DNA from: Pirellulales bacterium
GTDB taxonomy: Bacteria; Planctomycetota; Planctomycetia; Pirellulales; JADZDJ01
DNA: 64,000 nt
NCBI GenBank assembly: GCA_035499655.1
Contig: DATJYL010000185.1
Location: forward strand, 843-64,842
Direction: 5' to 3'
Of this stretch, positions 37,741 through 47,703 are shown in pieces. The notes below the pieces were generated by a model. It did no database searches and had not been told where the DNA came from. It saw only the letters and a list, made by a program, of their open reading frames with translations. The position numbers and the translations under genes are program-made. How positions within the stretch are numbered: the stretch's first letter is position 1; every line of letters starts with the position of its first letter.

Positions 37741-38877
37741 ATGCCTGCATTCGCGGCTAATCCCCGCTATATTCAAAAGATGCTCAACGACGAATCGATC
37801 TTACGCGGCACGCTGCACGTATTCGTGGCGTTCGATTGGGGAGACGAAATCAATTTGGAACGTGCGCGGCAGTTGTTGCCGACACAAAGCGAAGAGTTGG
37901 CGCGGCGGCGGCGCACGCCCAGTTCCATTGGTTATCGGCCGGCGCCGCTGCGGTATCCGCTGCGCGTGCCCCCCATCACGCTGCCGGAATTAGACGCGGT
38001 TCAAACTGCCGCCGAAGCGATTGTCTTCGATTTCGGCGGCGTCAGCGTGTCGTTACAAATTCCCTTCGCACTAACTGCTGCAGCATTGGCGCGGCTAGCA
38101 GGCGCACTGGCCGATCCGCAATCGCTGGTCGATACCGCCCGCTCGGCAACGGCGGAACTGTTCCAAAAGCTGCGGCCCGCAATCCAAGACCCCGACTGGA
38201 GTCCGCTCGGGGAAGAATATTTCGTGTTCCAAATTCCGCCGTGCGATGCCGTTCCGCCACCAGAGGCGCTATTGGAAAATCATGCCGGCTGGCTGGCAGG
38301 GCTGGTGCGTTTGGAATCGGAACCGCTGAGCTCCAGCGAGATCGAAGCGGCCCTGCAATCGCGCATCAGTTACACCCCCGGCGACGTGCTGTTGGCCGCC
38401 TGGTCAGCTTCGGTATTGATCGACCGAGACTGTGAAGAAACGCTGCAGGCCATCGAGTTCGCCAATTTGCAATTGCTGGAGTACCGCTACATCGACAACT
38501 TGCTGGACGAGCGGCTCGCGGCGGCGTACACAACCATTCATCGCACCGTCCAACGCGTGTTGCCATTTTGGCGCAGCCACAGCCGCCCCCTGCGTCAATT
38601 GGGAGAACTGCGAATTGACGCCATTAACTTATTCGAACGCACCACCAATGCGCTCAAAATGGTGGGCGACCAGTATTTAGCTCGGGTCTATCGTATGATC
38701 GCCGCTCGCTTCCATTTGAACGAATGGGAACAAAGCATTCGCGCCTCGCTGGATGTCGTCGAGGGAGCATACCAAGTGGTCAGCGATCAATCGTCCACGG
38801 TCCGGGTAGAGCTGCTGGAGATCACCGTAATTTTGCTGATTGCCCTGGAGATTCTATTGGCGCTATTCCGGCACTGA
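37741..38877 (+). CDS. Hypothetical protein with extreme C-terminal tail-anchor TM (…LLEITVILLIALEILLALFRH). Possibly DUF155/RMD1-like
   Basis: Start at MPAFAANPRY (37741) or MLNDESI (37780). The ORF-track 37591 start overlaps NUDIX. Only one TM, at the C-terminus. Confidence 0.4.
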   Translation: MPAFAANPRYIQKMLNDESILRGTLHVFVAFDWGDEINLERARQLLPTQSEELARRRRTPSSIGYRPAPLRYPLRVPPITLPELDAVQTAAEAIVFDFGGVSVSLQIPFALTAAALARLAGALADPQSLVDTARSATAELFQKLRPAIQDPDWSPLGEEYFVFQIPPCDAVPPPEALLENHAGWLAGLVRLESEPLSSSEIEAALQSRISYTPGDVLLAAWSASVLIDRDCEETLQAIEFANLQLLEYRYIDNLLDERLAAAYTTIHRTVQRVLPFWRSHSRPLRQLGELRIDAINLFERTTNALKMVGDQYLARVYRMIAARFHLNEWEQSIRASLDVVEGAYQVVSDQSSTVRVELLEITVILLIALEILLALFRH

Positions 38878-38981
38878 ACGAATCCGGGGATCGGCCGAGA
38901 GTCGTAAAAGGTGCGGAAAAAACGAGACGGATAGATGTGCTGATTTTCTGCGCGAGATGATTGGCATACCGCCTACAAGGG

Positions 38982-39012
38982 CGGCGGAAGAGCGCCGCTA
39001 GAGCATTTTTTA
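38982..39012 (+). terminator. Candidate intrinsic terminator (GCGGCG-GAAGAG-CGCCGC followed 7 nt later by TTTTTT)
   Basis: GC hairpin followed by a short spacer and a T-tract, downstream of the 37741..38877 gene. Confidence 0.35.
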
Positions 39013-39093
39013 GGGTCGGCATCGAATTTGCTCATCTTTCCCCGCCATTTTCTCACGCTCCCTCCCACCATCTTATCCCGCCATAAAACCTCA

Positions 39094-41445
39094 ATGAGTG
39101 TCGATTCTCTTCCGGCATCGCCTTCGATGCCTGCGCTTCCTGCGACTCCTAAGAGTGACATCCATGTCGCCGAATTGACTTCACCCGAAGCAAAGGCCAC
39201 CGCAGTTTCGGCTGCGAGGTCGTCGCCAGTGGAAGGGCCCGTTCGCCGGTTGCCTACCATCTTTCACGAGCAGACAAAACCGCTGGTCACCGGCGGCGGA
39301 CCTCAATGGCTGGGTTTGATGTTTGCGCTGACCATTCTGGTTAGCGCCTTTTTGTTGTTTCAGGTGCAGCCGCTGATTAGTAAGTTCATTTTGCCCTGGT
39401 TCGGCGGCAGCCCCGCGGTTTGGACAACTTGCATGTTGTTTTTTCAATTGACGCTGTTCGGCGGGTACGCATACGCCCATATACTGACGCGATTTTTTTC
39501 CCCACGCAAGCAGGGCGTGGTGCATCTCTCGCTCATTGCACTGGCCCTGGCACTGGCACTGCCCACGATCGCGCCGTCGGTGAGTTGGAAACCGCTCGAT
39601 CCCAGCCATCCCACAGGTCGCATTTTATGGCTTCTGGCGGCCACAGTCGGCATGCCCTATTTCTTGCTTTCGACCACGGGCCCCTTGGTGCAAGCCTGGT
39701 TTGCGCGGGCATGGCCGGGGCGCTCGCCTTACCGGCTGTACGCGCTGTCCAACGCCGGCTCGTTGGCGGCGCTGGTAACTTTTCCGTTCGTGTTCGAACC
39801 GGCCTTCGCCTCCGACACGCAGGCGGGAATGTGGACCGCGGCTTTCGGATTGTTTGCGGCGTTGTGCGGCGCATGCGCCGTGTGGATTTTACGGTTGCCG
39901 CAAACCGAACCGGGCGCGGCTGGCGCGGCAGCCCTTGCGACCCATGACACTCTGACCGACGTCCATCGCTTAACGCTTGTTGCACAACGGCCCACCGTCG
40001 GTCGGCGCATGCTGTGGATCGCGCTGCCTGCTTGCGCATCGCTGATGTTGTTGGCCACCACCAATTACGTGTGCCAAGACGTGGCCGTGATTCCGTTTTT
40101 ATGGGTCGTGCCGCTATCGTTGTATTTGTTGACGTTCATCATTTGCTTCGATCATCCACGCTGGTATCGGCCCATGCTGATGGGCGTGGCGGCACTAGCG
40201 CTACTGATTTTATCTGCCGGCGCGGCGGACGATCTGTTCGATCTATTCCAAATTCGGATGACGTTTGTGCATGAGCTGGCGCTCTATTTCAGCACCATGT
40301 TTTTCGCCTGCCTGGTGTGTCACGGTCAGTTGGTCCGATTGCGCCCGGCGCCCCGCTTTTTAACAGAATTTTATTTGCTGATTTCGGCCGGCGGTGCCCT
40401 GGGAGGCGTGTTTGTAACCCTGATTGCGCCGCATATTTTCCGCACCCATTTCGAATGGACCTTAGCCCTCGGGGCCAGCCTGATCGTGGCCGCAGCGGTT
40501 TTGATTGAGGGCATCCTTCGCTGGGCCGGCAACGCGCCTCCGCGCAATCTCGGAAAGTGGCTGGCATTTGCGGCCGTCGGAATTGCGGCACTCGGAAGTG
40601 TCCATTGGTTAATCGAAACTGCCAGCGGCAGCTCCGAGGCCATTTACCGGGCCAGGAATTTCTACGGCACCGTTTCGGTCTTGGAAAGCGACCGTGACAA
40701 TCCCGACATGCACCATCGCACGTTTGTTAGCGGCACGACTCGGCACGGACGACAGTTCATGGCGCCGGACAAGCGGCGCATTCCAATTTCCTATTTCGCG
40801 GAGCATACCGGCATCGGCCAAACCCTGAAGTACTTTCAAAATCTGCCCGGCGCTCGTTTCGGCGTTGTAGGCATGGGCGTGGGCGTGGTGGCCACGTATG
40901 CCAAGCCGGGGCAGTACGTTCGGTTTTACGAAATCAACGAGCAAGTGAACGACATCGCCCACCATTATTTTACGTTTTTAAGCGATTGCCTCTGTCCATA
41001 CGACGTGGTGTTATCGGACGCCCGCTTGGCATTAGAGCGTGAACTGGCCGCCGGCCAGCCGCAACATTTCGACGTGTTGGCATTGGACGCCTTCACCGGC
41101 GATGCTCCTCCCGTGCATTTGCTCACCGACGAGGCTTTCGCCATCTATCTGAAACACCTCAATCCCGACGGCGTGATTGTCGTAAACATTACCAATCGGT
41201 ACATCAACCTGGCGCCGGTCATCAACGCCGTCGCCAAAAAATACGGCCTGGGCGTGACGCGGGTCATGACCGACTACGAGCCGGAAAAGCTGCTCTACCG
41301 CACCGATTTTATGATGCTCACCCGCAACCAAAATTTCTTGGCGGCCGTGCCGCCCGTGCTGTTGGCAGAATATCTCCAGCCCGACTACGATGTGCCTCTG
41401 TTCACCGACAAGTTCAGCAACTTATTTACCATTTTGAAAAAATAG
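39094..41445 (+). CDS. Polytopic membrane domain fused to C-terminal spermidine/spermine-synthase-like (aminopropyltransferase/methyltransferase fold) domain
   Basis: Many N-terminal TM helices. C-terminal …FGVVGMGVGVVATYAKPGQYVRFYEINEQV…DVLALDAFTGDAPPVHLLTDEAF…NPDGVIVVN spermidine-synthase-like motifs. Confidence 0.7.
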   Translation: MSVDSLPASPSMPALPATPKSDIHVAELTSPEAKATAVSAARSSPVEGPVRRLPTIFHEQTKPLVTGGGPQWLGLMFALTILVSAFLLFQVQPLISKFILPWFGGSPAVWTTCMLFFQLTLFGGYAYAHILTRFFSPRKQGVVHLSLIALALALALPTIAPSVSWKPLDPSHPTGRILWLLAATVGMPYFLLSTTGPLVQAWFARAWPGRSPYRLYALSNAGSLAALVTFPFVFEPAFASDTQAGMWTAAFGLFAALCGACAVWILRLPQTEPGAAGAAALATHDTLTDVHRLTLVAQRPTVGRRMLWIALPACASLMLLATTNYVCQDVAVIPFLWVVPLSLYLLTFIICFDHPRWYRPMLMGVAALALLILSAGAADDLFDLFQIRMTFVHELALYFSTMFFACLVCHGQLVRLRPAPRFLTEFYLLISAGGALGGVFVTLIAPHIFRTHFEWTLALGASLIVAAAVLIEGILRWAGNAPPRNLGKWLAFAAVGIAALGSVHWLIETASGSSEAIYRARNFYGTVSVLESDRDNPDMHHRTFVSGTTRHGRQFMAPDKRRIPISYFAEHTGIGQTLKYFQNLPGARFGVVGMGVGVVATYAKPGQYVRFYEINEQVNDIAHHYFTFLSDCLCPYDVVLSDARLALERELAAGQPQHFDVLALDAFTGDAPPVHLLTDEAFAIYLKHLNPDGVIVVNITNRYINLAPVINAVAKKYGLGVTRVMTDYEPEKLLYRTDFMMLTRNQNFLAAVPPVLLAEYLQPDYDVPLFTDKFSNLFTILKK

Positions 41446-41507
41446 CGGAAGCTCAACGCGCTGTTTCTCTTTGCCTTTTCACCCGCTGCCGCACGACTGC
41501 TTTGCCG

Positions 41508-42587
41508 TTACTGTGCCTCGTCCAGCTTGCCCACCACTGGCCAACCGTCGGCGCCCCAAGTAAGTGGGCGGACGCTCAACTTGCTGACGCCGCGATCGGT
41601 GCCGTCGTAAAAGTGGCAACTGAACCAATATTTGCCCTGATCTTCGATGATTCCCGCGTGACCGGGACCAATGAACGGTCCGTCACGATCGAGCAGAATC
41701 GTGCCACCGGTAAGCAACATGTCTTTCCCGTCTTTGTCGAGGTACGGCCCGGTAACTTTATCGGCCCGGCCGATGCAAATGCGATACGTGCTGTTGACTC
41801 CGCGGCAACACAGTCCCTGGTTCACAAACAGGTAATAGCGGCCGTCGTGAAAATAAATGTACGGCGCCTCGATGGAATCCCAGTGCGCCAACGAAACCAT
41901 CGGCGAGTCGGGCGAAATGCGCAAGCCGGTGGCGGGGTCCAACTCGATGAGCTTGATGCCGCTCCAAAAAGAACCAAATGACAGCCACAGCTTCCCGTCT
42001 TGATCCAAAAAGGCGGCCGGATCAAGGGCATTAAAATCGTCGGTTTCTTTCGATTGCACGACGATGCCACCGTCGGTCCAATGGTAAGCGGGATCCGAAG
42101 GATCAAGCGTTGGATTCGTGGCCACGCCGATCGCCGAAGTGTTTTTTCCAAAACTCGACGCGGCAAAGAACAGCAGGTACTTATCGCCCACGTGAATGAT
42201 GTCGGGCGCCCAAAAATCGTTGCCGCGGTTGCGCGGAATCGCTTGCTTGACCCAAGCCGGAGGATTGGCGTTGGCTCGCGGACCACGGATCCAATGTTCT
42301 AAATCCTTGGAATGAAACGACGGCGTGTTGGTTCCCGTGGCAAAGACCCAAAATTCATCTTTGCATTTGACGATGGTGGATGGATCATGAACCCGAATGC
42401 CGCGGTTCCCATCGCGCCGCAACATTTCTTGCTGTTCATCCGTGGAAGGCGCCGCCGGATTCGAAACTGCCGGTTTCGAAGCCGATGGATTCGAATCCGA
42501 CGGATTTTGCGCAAACATGACCACCGCGGCATAGGCCGTCATAAATCCAACCGCACCCACGGCAAACAATTGCCACCGGAATTTCAT
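41508..42587 (-). CDS. Glycoside hydrolase family 43 (5-bladed beta-propeller arabinanase/xylosidase-like), secreted
   Basis: Signal peptide. …DEFWVFATGT…FWAPDIIHVGDKYLLFFAASS…HAGIIEDQGKYWFSCHFY typical of GH43. Confidence 0.75.
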   Translation of the reverse strand: MKFRWQLFAVGAVGFMTAYAAVVMFAQNPSDSNPSASKPAVSNPAAPSTDEQQEMLRRDGNRGIRVHDPSTIVKCKDEFWVFATGTNTPSFHSKDLEHWIRGPRANANPPAWVKQAIPRNRGNDFWAPDIIHVGDKYLLFFAASSFGKNTSAIGVATNPTLDPSDPAYHWTDGGIVVQSKETDDFNALDPAAFLDQDGKLWLSFGSFWSGIKLIELDPATGLRISPDSPMVSLAHWDSIEAPYIYFHDGRYYLFVNQGLCCRGVNSTYRICIGRADKVTGPYLDKDGKDMLLTGGTILLDRDGPFIGPGHAGIIEDQGKYWFSCHFYDGTDRGVSKLSVRPLTWGADGWPVVGKLDEAQ

Positions 42588-42597
42588 GCGCGCTCCA

Positions 42598-43212
42598 TTA
42601 TTTGGCAGACGACGGTGTTACGGTTCGCGGTGTCAGCTTTAAATCGTCCAGCCAAATCGAAGTCGGCTCGATGGGAGTAATGACCAAATGCGCGTGGGAA
42701 TCGGTCCCGCGGGCATGAAGACTAACCGTGTAATTCCGCCAGGGGCTGGCCGCGGCCTCAGCCGGTGTGTCGGGGTTATCTCGTTCGCTGTGGCCAATTT
42801 CCGGCAGCGTGGTTCGTGCCAGAACTTTGCCCTCCGCTGTTTCGAGCGAAAAAACCAGGCCGATCGAGCCGCCCTCCGTGACGGCGGAAAAGCTGATGTC
42901 GTACCAGTGGTCGTCGTAAACGTCGATGGGCGTGCTGTTGGTCGCGCCGGCGCGGCCTTTGCCGGAGTCCGCGGTTTTGGTAACGCTGATGTGCAACAGA
43001 TGTGGGCTGGTGCGCTGCGGATGCTTCGCATCTTGCTCGATAGTTCCCGCGGCTTCCCCCTCTCTCAACAGCGACCAGCCGGTTGGAAAGTTGATTCCGG
43101 CCCAATGCGCGTGGGGAAAATCCGATTTGGTCTGCGCAATGGCACTTCGGCAACTGTAGAGCGCATAAAGGGCGAGCGCAATCGACCAGAGCTTGCGATG
43201 GTGCATTGGCAT
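42598..43212 (-). CDS. Secreted hypothetical protein (possible carbohydrate-binding/jelly-roll)
   Basis: Signal peptide MPMHHRKLWSIALALYALYSCRSAIAQ. Adjacent to GH43. Confidence 0.4.
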   Translation of the reverse strand: MPMHHRKLWSIALALYALYSCRSAIAQTKSDFPHAHWAGINFPTGWSLLREGEAAGTIEQDAKHPQRTSPHLLHISVTKTADSGKGRAGATNSTPIDVYDDHWYDISFSAVTEGGSIGLVFSLETAEGKVLARTTLPEIGHSERDNPDTPAEAAASPWRNYTVSLHARGTDSHAHLVITPIEPTSIWLDDLKLTPRTVTPSSAK

Positions 43213-43277
43213 CCCCCAAGGACACAGCCGTTGGCATTACCGCATCGACGGAGCCGGCCCTTATGTTCGCGGCGCTT

Positions 43278-46200
43278 TCAGTGCCTGTCAAGTTGCCGGC
43301 TGATTTGCTGTTTGGCTTTGAGCAAACGCGTGGTGTACTCTTCCGAAGCAGCTTCCTCACCGGCCGCGGCAGCCATGGGTGGTTTCTCCAGTGCCTTGTC
43401 TTCATTCATCGTCGTCGCCTCGAGCAGGGCGGTAGTCGAGCCTCTTGAAAACTCATGACCGTCAGCCACGGGTTCCCAGCGCAAGGACGATTTCTGCGAT
43501 CCCACTGATTCTACAACCGCCGCCTTGCGGCTGCGCAACCGGGCAATCGTTTCTATCACCGCCGGCGTCTGGCGCCGCAGAAAACGGTTGCGAATACGCT
43601 GGGGAAGCCGCACGAGCCAGCCGAAATTAAATCGGACTCGCCGCACAATAATGTCGCACAGGAAAACGTAACTGGCCCATAACAGCAACTGCGGCCACGC
43701 ATCTTGGCTGCTGACGGCCGGACGCAAATCGTGCCGAAACACGTCGGCCGAGAGCAAACCGGGAAGGCCGTAGTGGTCTTCATCCTGGATCACTCGTCCC
43801 GGCCGGCCTCCGGCGGGCGTGATGCCCGCCAGTTCGGCCAGGAAATGGTCGTTCGATTGCCGGTCGAGAAATTCGGAAGAGTAGGGGACGTTGACTCCGC
43901 TCAATATCGGCGCCGACCCCGGCGACGGCGTGAGCGTGAAAAAGTAACTGCCGGCGTCGGGCACATTCACTTCGCCCACGTAGCGGCCCGGCGCAGTCTG
44001 GCGAAGCTGCACCGCGTGCGACCGCATGTCGGGCCCGATGACACTGCCGCTAGGCGTAAGAAAATTCAGATAATTGTCGTTCTGATCGAAGGCGTTGATC
44101 GTCAGCCGCAGTTTGCCATCGCGGACTTCCGAATCGATCACATACTGTCCCTGATTACCCGCCGGACGCAACGACCAGCGGACCATTTGGCTAAATAGTT
44201 TGTCGTAATCGGACCAATCGGTCCAACGACTGGCCCAGCGGTGCCCGGCATCGGTGGTGAAGGCCACCACTTTTCCCAGGCCGTACGTCCACGTCGCCAA
44301 CAGGCTGCGGTTTTCGTCTTCGACCGGCAGCGGCGAAACCAGCGGCACTTCGACCAACGGGTTTTCTTTCCGCGTGGTCAATACAAAACCCGTGATGGGC
44401 GGTGGCGGCGTCGCGATGCCTTTGAGAATTTCGTGCGGAAATTTGATTTGCGGCTGCAAGCCCGACTCGCGCTCGAAAACCAGCGGCCGGGTTACAAGTC
44501 GTGTTTCTTGTTGAAAAATGCGAGGCAGCACACGGGGCACCTTTGCATTGTAGTAGCGTCCGCCACCGGCGTGGGCCATTTGCTCCAGCAGTGCAAAGTC
44601 GGCATCGGCGCCCAGGGCCACGGTTGAGGTGGTGATTTTTTCCTGGTGCAACTGCTGGATGAGTTGTGGATAATCGCTGCCCTCGGTCTCGCCGTCGGTC
44701 ATAATCACCATGTGCCGAACCGTGGCATCGGCGGCGTGCTGCAACTGTTCGTGTGCCATCATAATGGCCGGCTGCATGTTGGTGCCGCCGTCGGCGCCCA
44801 ATTCATCGATCCGCGATTTGATGGTTTGCGAATCGCCTTTGCGAACCAATGGCACCACCGGGAAGGCGACCGCGTCGAACGCAATGACGGTGACATAATC
44901 GGAGTCGGACAACATGTCGACCGAAGCGCCGGCGGCGGCTTTTGCCATGGCCAGCTTTTCGCCGGTCATCGAGCCCGATCGATCAATTACCAAAGCCACC
45001 GCATTCACCGGCCGCACCTTGGGGTCTTTCACCTGGCAATCGACGGGCAGCGCCTCTTCCAGTTCGGTATGAGCCCAACCGCCGGCGCCGAAACTGTTGG
45101 GACCGCCCAGCATAATCAGCCCCGCTCCCAATTGTTGTGTGTTGGTCACCAGCATTTTAATTTGCGAATCAGTGAAATCTTCCCGCGGCACGTCGGCCAA
45201 AATGACGGTGTCGAACGCCTGCAATTGGCCCAGCGATGCGAACAGGTCGTCCGTGGTCATTACCCGCACTTCCAGCTTTTCGTGCTGCAGGCGCTCGATC
45301 AGCGGGCGGAAATCGTCCGGCCGCAGCGCATCCACAATAAACAGCACCCGCCCCTGGCCCCGCACCTGCGTGAAGGCAGTAGCAACATTGTTTTCCTTCA
45401 AGTAATCGTCCGCGGGATTGTCGGGCACCAAGCGGGCCGTGTACGTGTAAGAATTGGCGACGTCGATTTTTTCGCGCAGGCTGAACACCCGCTTGCCAGG
45501 CGGGAGTTCGATGGGTTGATCGATCAACTGCTGTTCGTCGCCGTCGGACTTCCGAAAAATCTGCACGTGGGCCGGGATAGATTTGGCCTCGGGCATGTCG
45601 GACGCCAGATTTGCCAACACCACGTGCAGTTCGAACGGCACGCCAATTTGAATTTCAGCCGGTAGCGACAGCTTTTCGACCGCGATTTCCGACCGCGCCT
45701 GGTAACGAATGGGAACCACGTCGATCCCCATGCCGTGGGCGGCCAGTTGCCGGGCTTCCTCGGCTGCGTTGCCCAGGTTTTCGTTGCCATCGGTGACGAT
45801 GACGACGCGGCCAGCGGAATCGGCCGGCAGCGTGGCCATGGCCAAACGCATAGCGCCGGCCAGATTAGTGTAACTACCGTCAAGCGACGTTTCTGCGTGG
45901 TTAGTCAGGCGGAGGTTTTCGTCGACGGGTGGATTTTCGACGGCCGGCTCTTTGGCGAACATGATCACCCCGGCCCGATCTTGCCGCTGCGCGCTGCGAT
46001 GCTGCGCGATCGATTGATTCACATACTCCGACATTGCGATCCGCTGAGTTTCCGGGATGCTGATCGATTGATCCAGCAAATATAACACCGTCAAACGGTC
46101 GCTGGTGCGCACATTTTGCATTTGCGCAAGCGCCAGGACAATTAGCACGAATACGGCGGTGCGGAGTGTCAGGATGACCGCTCGCCGCAAGCCGCCAAAA

Positions 46201-46373
46201 CTGGCCAAACTGCGATAGCCCAACGCCCACAAGACGGGCGCAAATAGCAGCAGCGTCAGATACCAGGGATGTTCGAACGCAACAGACACGTGAAAAACAC
46301 CTTCGCGGCCTGAAAAACCGCGAGCACAACGGCAGAACAAAGGCAGCGGGAGCAGCCGATTGCGAACTCCCAA
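43278..46373 (-). CDS. Large membrane-anchored von Willebrand factor A (vWA) domain protein, BatA/BatB-like, with a DJ-1/GATase1-like central domain
   Basis: N-terminal TM pair. vWA motif LVIDRSGSMTGEKL (DxSxS MIDAS). GATase1-like …RVLFIVDALRPDD…VILADVPRE. Confidence 0.65.
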   Translation of the reverse strand: MGVRNRLLPLPLFCRCARGFSGREGVFHVSVAFEHPWYLTLLLFAPVLWALGYRSLASFGGLRRAVILTLRTAVFVLIVLALAQMQNVRTSDRLTVLYLLDQSISIPETQRIAMSEYVNQSIAQHRSAQRQDRAGVIMFAKEPAVENPPVDENLRLTNHAETSLDGSYTNLAGAMRLAMATLPADSAGRVVIVTDGNENLGNAAEEARQLAAHGMGIDVVPIRYQARSEIAVEKLSLPAEIQIGVPFELHVVLANLASDMPEAKSIPAHVQIFRKSDGDEQQLIDQPIELPPGKRVFSLREKIDVANSYTYTARLVPDNPADDYLKENNVATAFTQVRGQGRVLFIVDALRPDDFRPLIERLQHEKLEVRVMTTDDLFASLGQLQAFDTVILADVPREDFTDSQIKMLVTNTQQLGAGLIMLGGPNSFGAGGWAHTELEEALPVDCQVKDPKVRPVNAVALVIDRSGSMTGEKLAMAKAAAGASVDMLSDSDYVTVIAFDAVAFPVVPLVRKGDSQTIKSRIDELGADGGTNMQPAIMMAHEQLQHAADATVRHMVIMTDGETEGSDYPQLIQQLHQEKITTSTVALGADADFALLEQMAHAGGGRYYNAKVPRVLPRIFQQETRLVTRPLVFERESGLQPQIKFPHEILKGIATPPPPITGFVLTTRKENPLVEVPLVSPLPVEDENRSLLATWTYGLGKVVAFTTDAGHRWASRWTDWSDYDKLFSQMVRWSLRPAGNQGQYVIDSEVRDGKLRLTINAFDQNDNYLNFLTPSGSVIGPDMRSHAVQLRQTAPGRYVGEVNVPDAGSYFFTLTPSPGSAPILSGVNVPYSSEFLDRQSNDHFLAELAGITPAGGRPGRVIQDEDHYGLPGLLSADVFRHDLRPAVSSQDAWPQLLLWASYVFLCDIIVRRVRFNFGWLVRLPQRIRNRFLRRQTPAVIETIARLRSRKAAVVESVGSQKSSLRWEPVADGHEFSRGSTTALLEATTMNEDKALEKPPMAAAAGEEAASEEYTTRLLKAKQQISRQLDRH

Positions 46374-46586
46374 TTTCTATTCTAGCTATGCCGGCCCGGT
46401 TGGACCAAGCCGCGGCAAATAATCAAGAAAAGTCAGAAAACCGTTCGGGTTTGGGTGCACATTCTTGCACTCAGATAACGGGGTGGGTTGCTAACGGGCA
46501 GAATTAGGCGGATGCTGATTGGAATCGGCTTAAGAGGCGGACAGAAAAATCACCTACACCTATGCAAACCAGCGAAGGAGAGCTTC

Positions 46587-47600
46587 ATGGCTACCATGCG
46601 CGTGGCGCAAGTTTCGCGTCCGAAGGGTCCTTTCGAATTAGTCGAACGGCCCATTCCGGAACCCGCCGCCGGCTGGGTCCGGATCAAAGTGCAAGCCTGC
46701 GGCATCTGTCACAGCGATAGCATTGTGAAAGAAGGATCGTTTCCGAACATTCCCTACCCACGCGTGCCCGGTCATGAAGTGGCGGGCGTCATCGATGCCG
46801 TAGGGCAGGGGGTGGCCGCATGGCAGAAGGGGCAGCGCGTGGGCGTGGGTTGGTTCGGCGGTAACTGCGGCTACTGCGATTTCTGCCGCCGCGGCGAATT
46901 TTTTGCCTGCAGCAATCTCAAAACCACCGGCATTTCGCACGACGGCGGATACGCCGAATACATGGTCGCGCCCGCCAGTTCGGTCGCGCTGATGCCAAAT
47001 GATTTATCGCCCGTCGAGGCTGCGCCCTTGATGTGCGCTGGCGTGACGACTTTCAACGCACTACGAAACAGCGGCGCGCGGGGCGGCGACGTCGTGGCCG
47101 TTTTCGGCCTGGGCGGGCTGGGACATTTAGGCGTGCAATACGCCGCGAAGATGGGTTTTCGCACCGTGGCCATTGCGAGGGGAAAAGACAAGGAACCGCT
47201 GGCCAAAAAATTGGGTGCGGCGATTTACATTGACAGCGCAGCCGGCGATGCCGCGGCGGAACTGCAGAAACTGGGCGGCGCCAAAGCGATTTTGGCTACC
47301 GTGACCAGCGGCGAAGCAATGAGCGCCATCACCTATGGGTTGGCCATGAACGGCACGATCCTGGTGATTGGAGCGGACTCGTCGATGGAAGTGTCGCCAA
47401 TATTTCTGTTGACGGGCTGCCGGTCGGTTAAAGGCTGGTACAGCGGCACTTCGATCGATTCGCAAGATACTCTGTCCTTTAGCGCCCGTAGCGGCGTGCG
47501 GTCGATGAACGAAGTGTTGCCGTTCGATCGCGCGGCCGAAGGTTACGACCGGATGATCAGCGGGAAGGCTCGGTTCCGTGTCGTGCTGACCATGGGGTAG
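46587..47600 (+). CDS. adh: Zinc-dependent alcohol dehydrogenase (MDR family)
   Basis: GICHSD catalytic Zn motif, CGYCDFCRRGEFFAC structural Zn motif, GLGGLGHLG Rossmann. Confidence 0.85.
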   Translation: MATMRVAQVSRPKGPFELVERPIPEPAAGWVRIKVQACGICHSDSIVKEGSFPNIPYPRVPGHEVAGVIDAVGQGVAAWQKGQRVGVGWFGGNCGYCDFCRRGEFFACSNLKTTGISHDGGYAEYMVAPASSVALMPNDLSPVEAAPLMCAGVTTFNALRNSGARGGDVVAVFGLGGLGHLGVQYAAKMGFRTVAIARGKDKEPLAKKLGAAIYIDSAAGDAAAELQKLGGAKAILATVTSGEAMSAITYGLAMNGTILVIGADSSMEVSPIFLLTGCRSVKGWYSGTSIDSQDTLSFSARSGVRSMNEVLPFDRAAEGYDRMISGKARFRVVLTMG

Positions 47601-47703
47601 CAGTGCATCTCTGGAAGGCGTGACGGATAGAGTGGCCGCTGTCTCTGCGGCTGAGGACAGCCACCCCATTCACAAAATTTACACCAGCCGGCAGACGAGA
47701 ATG

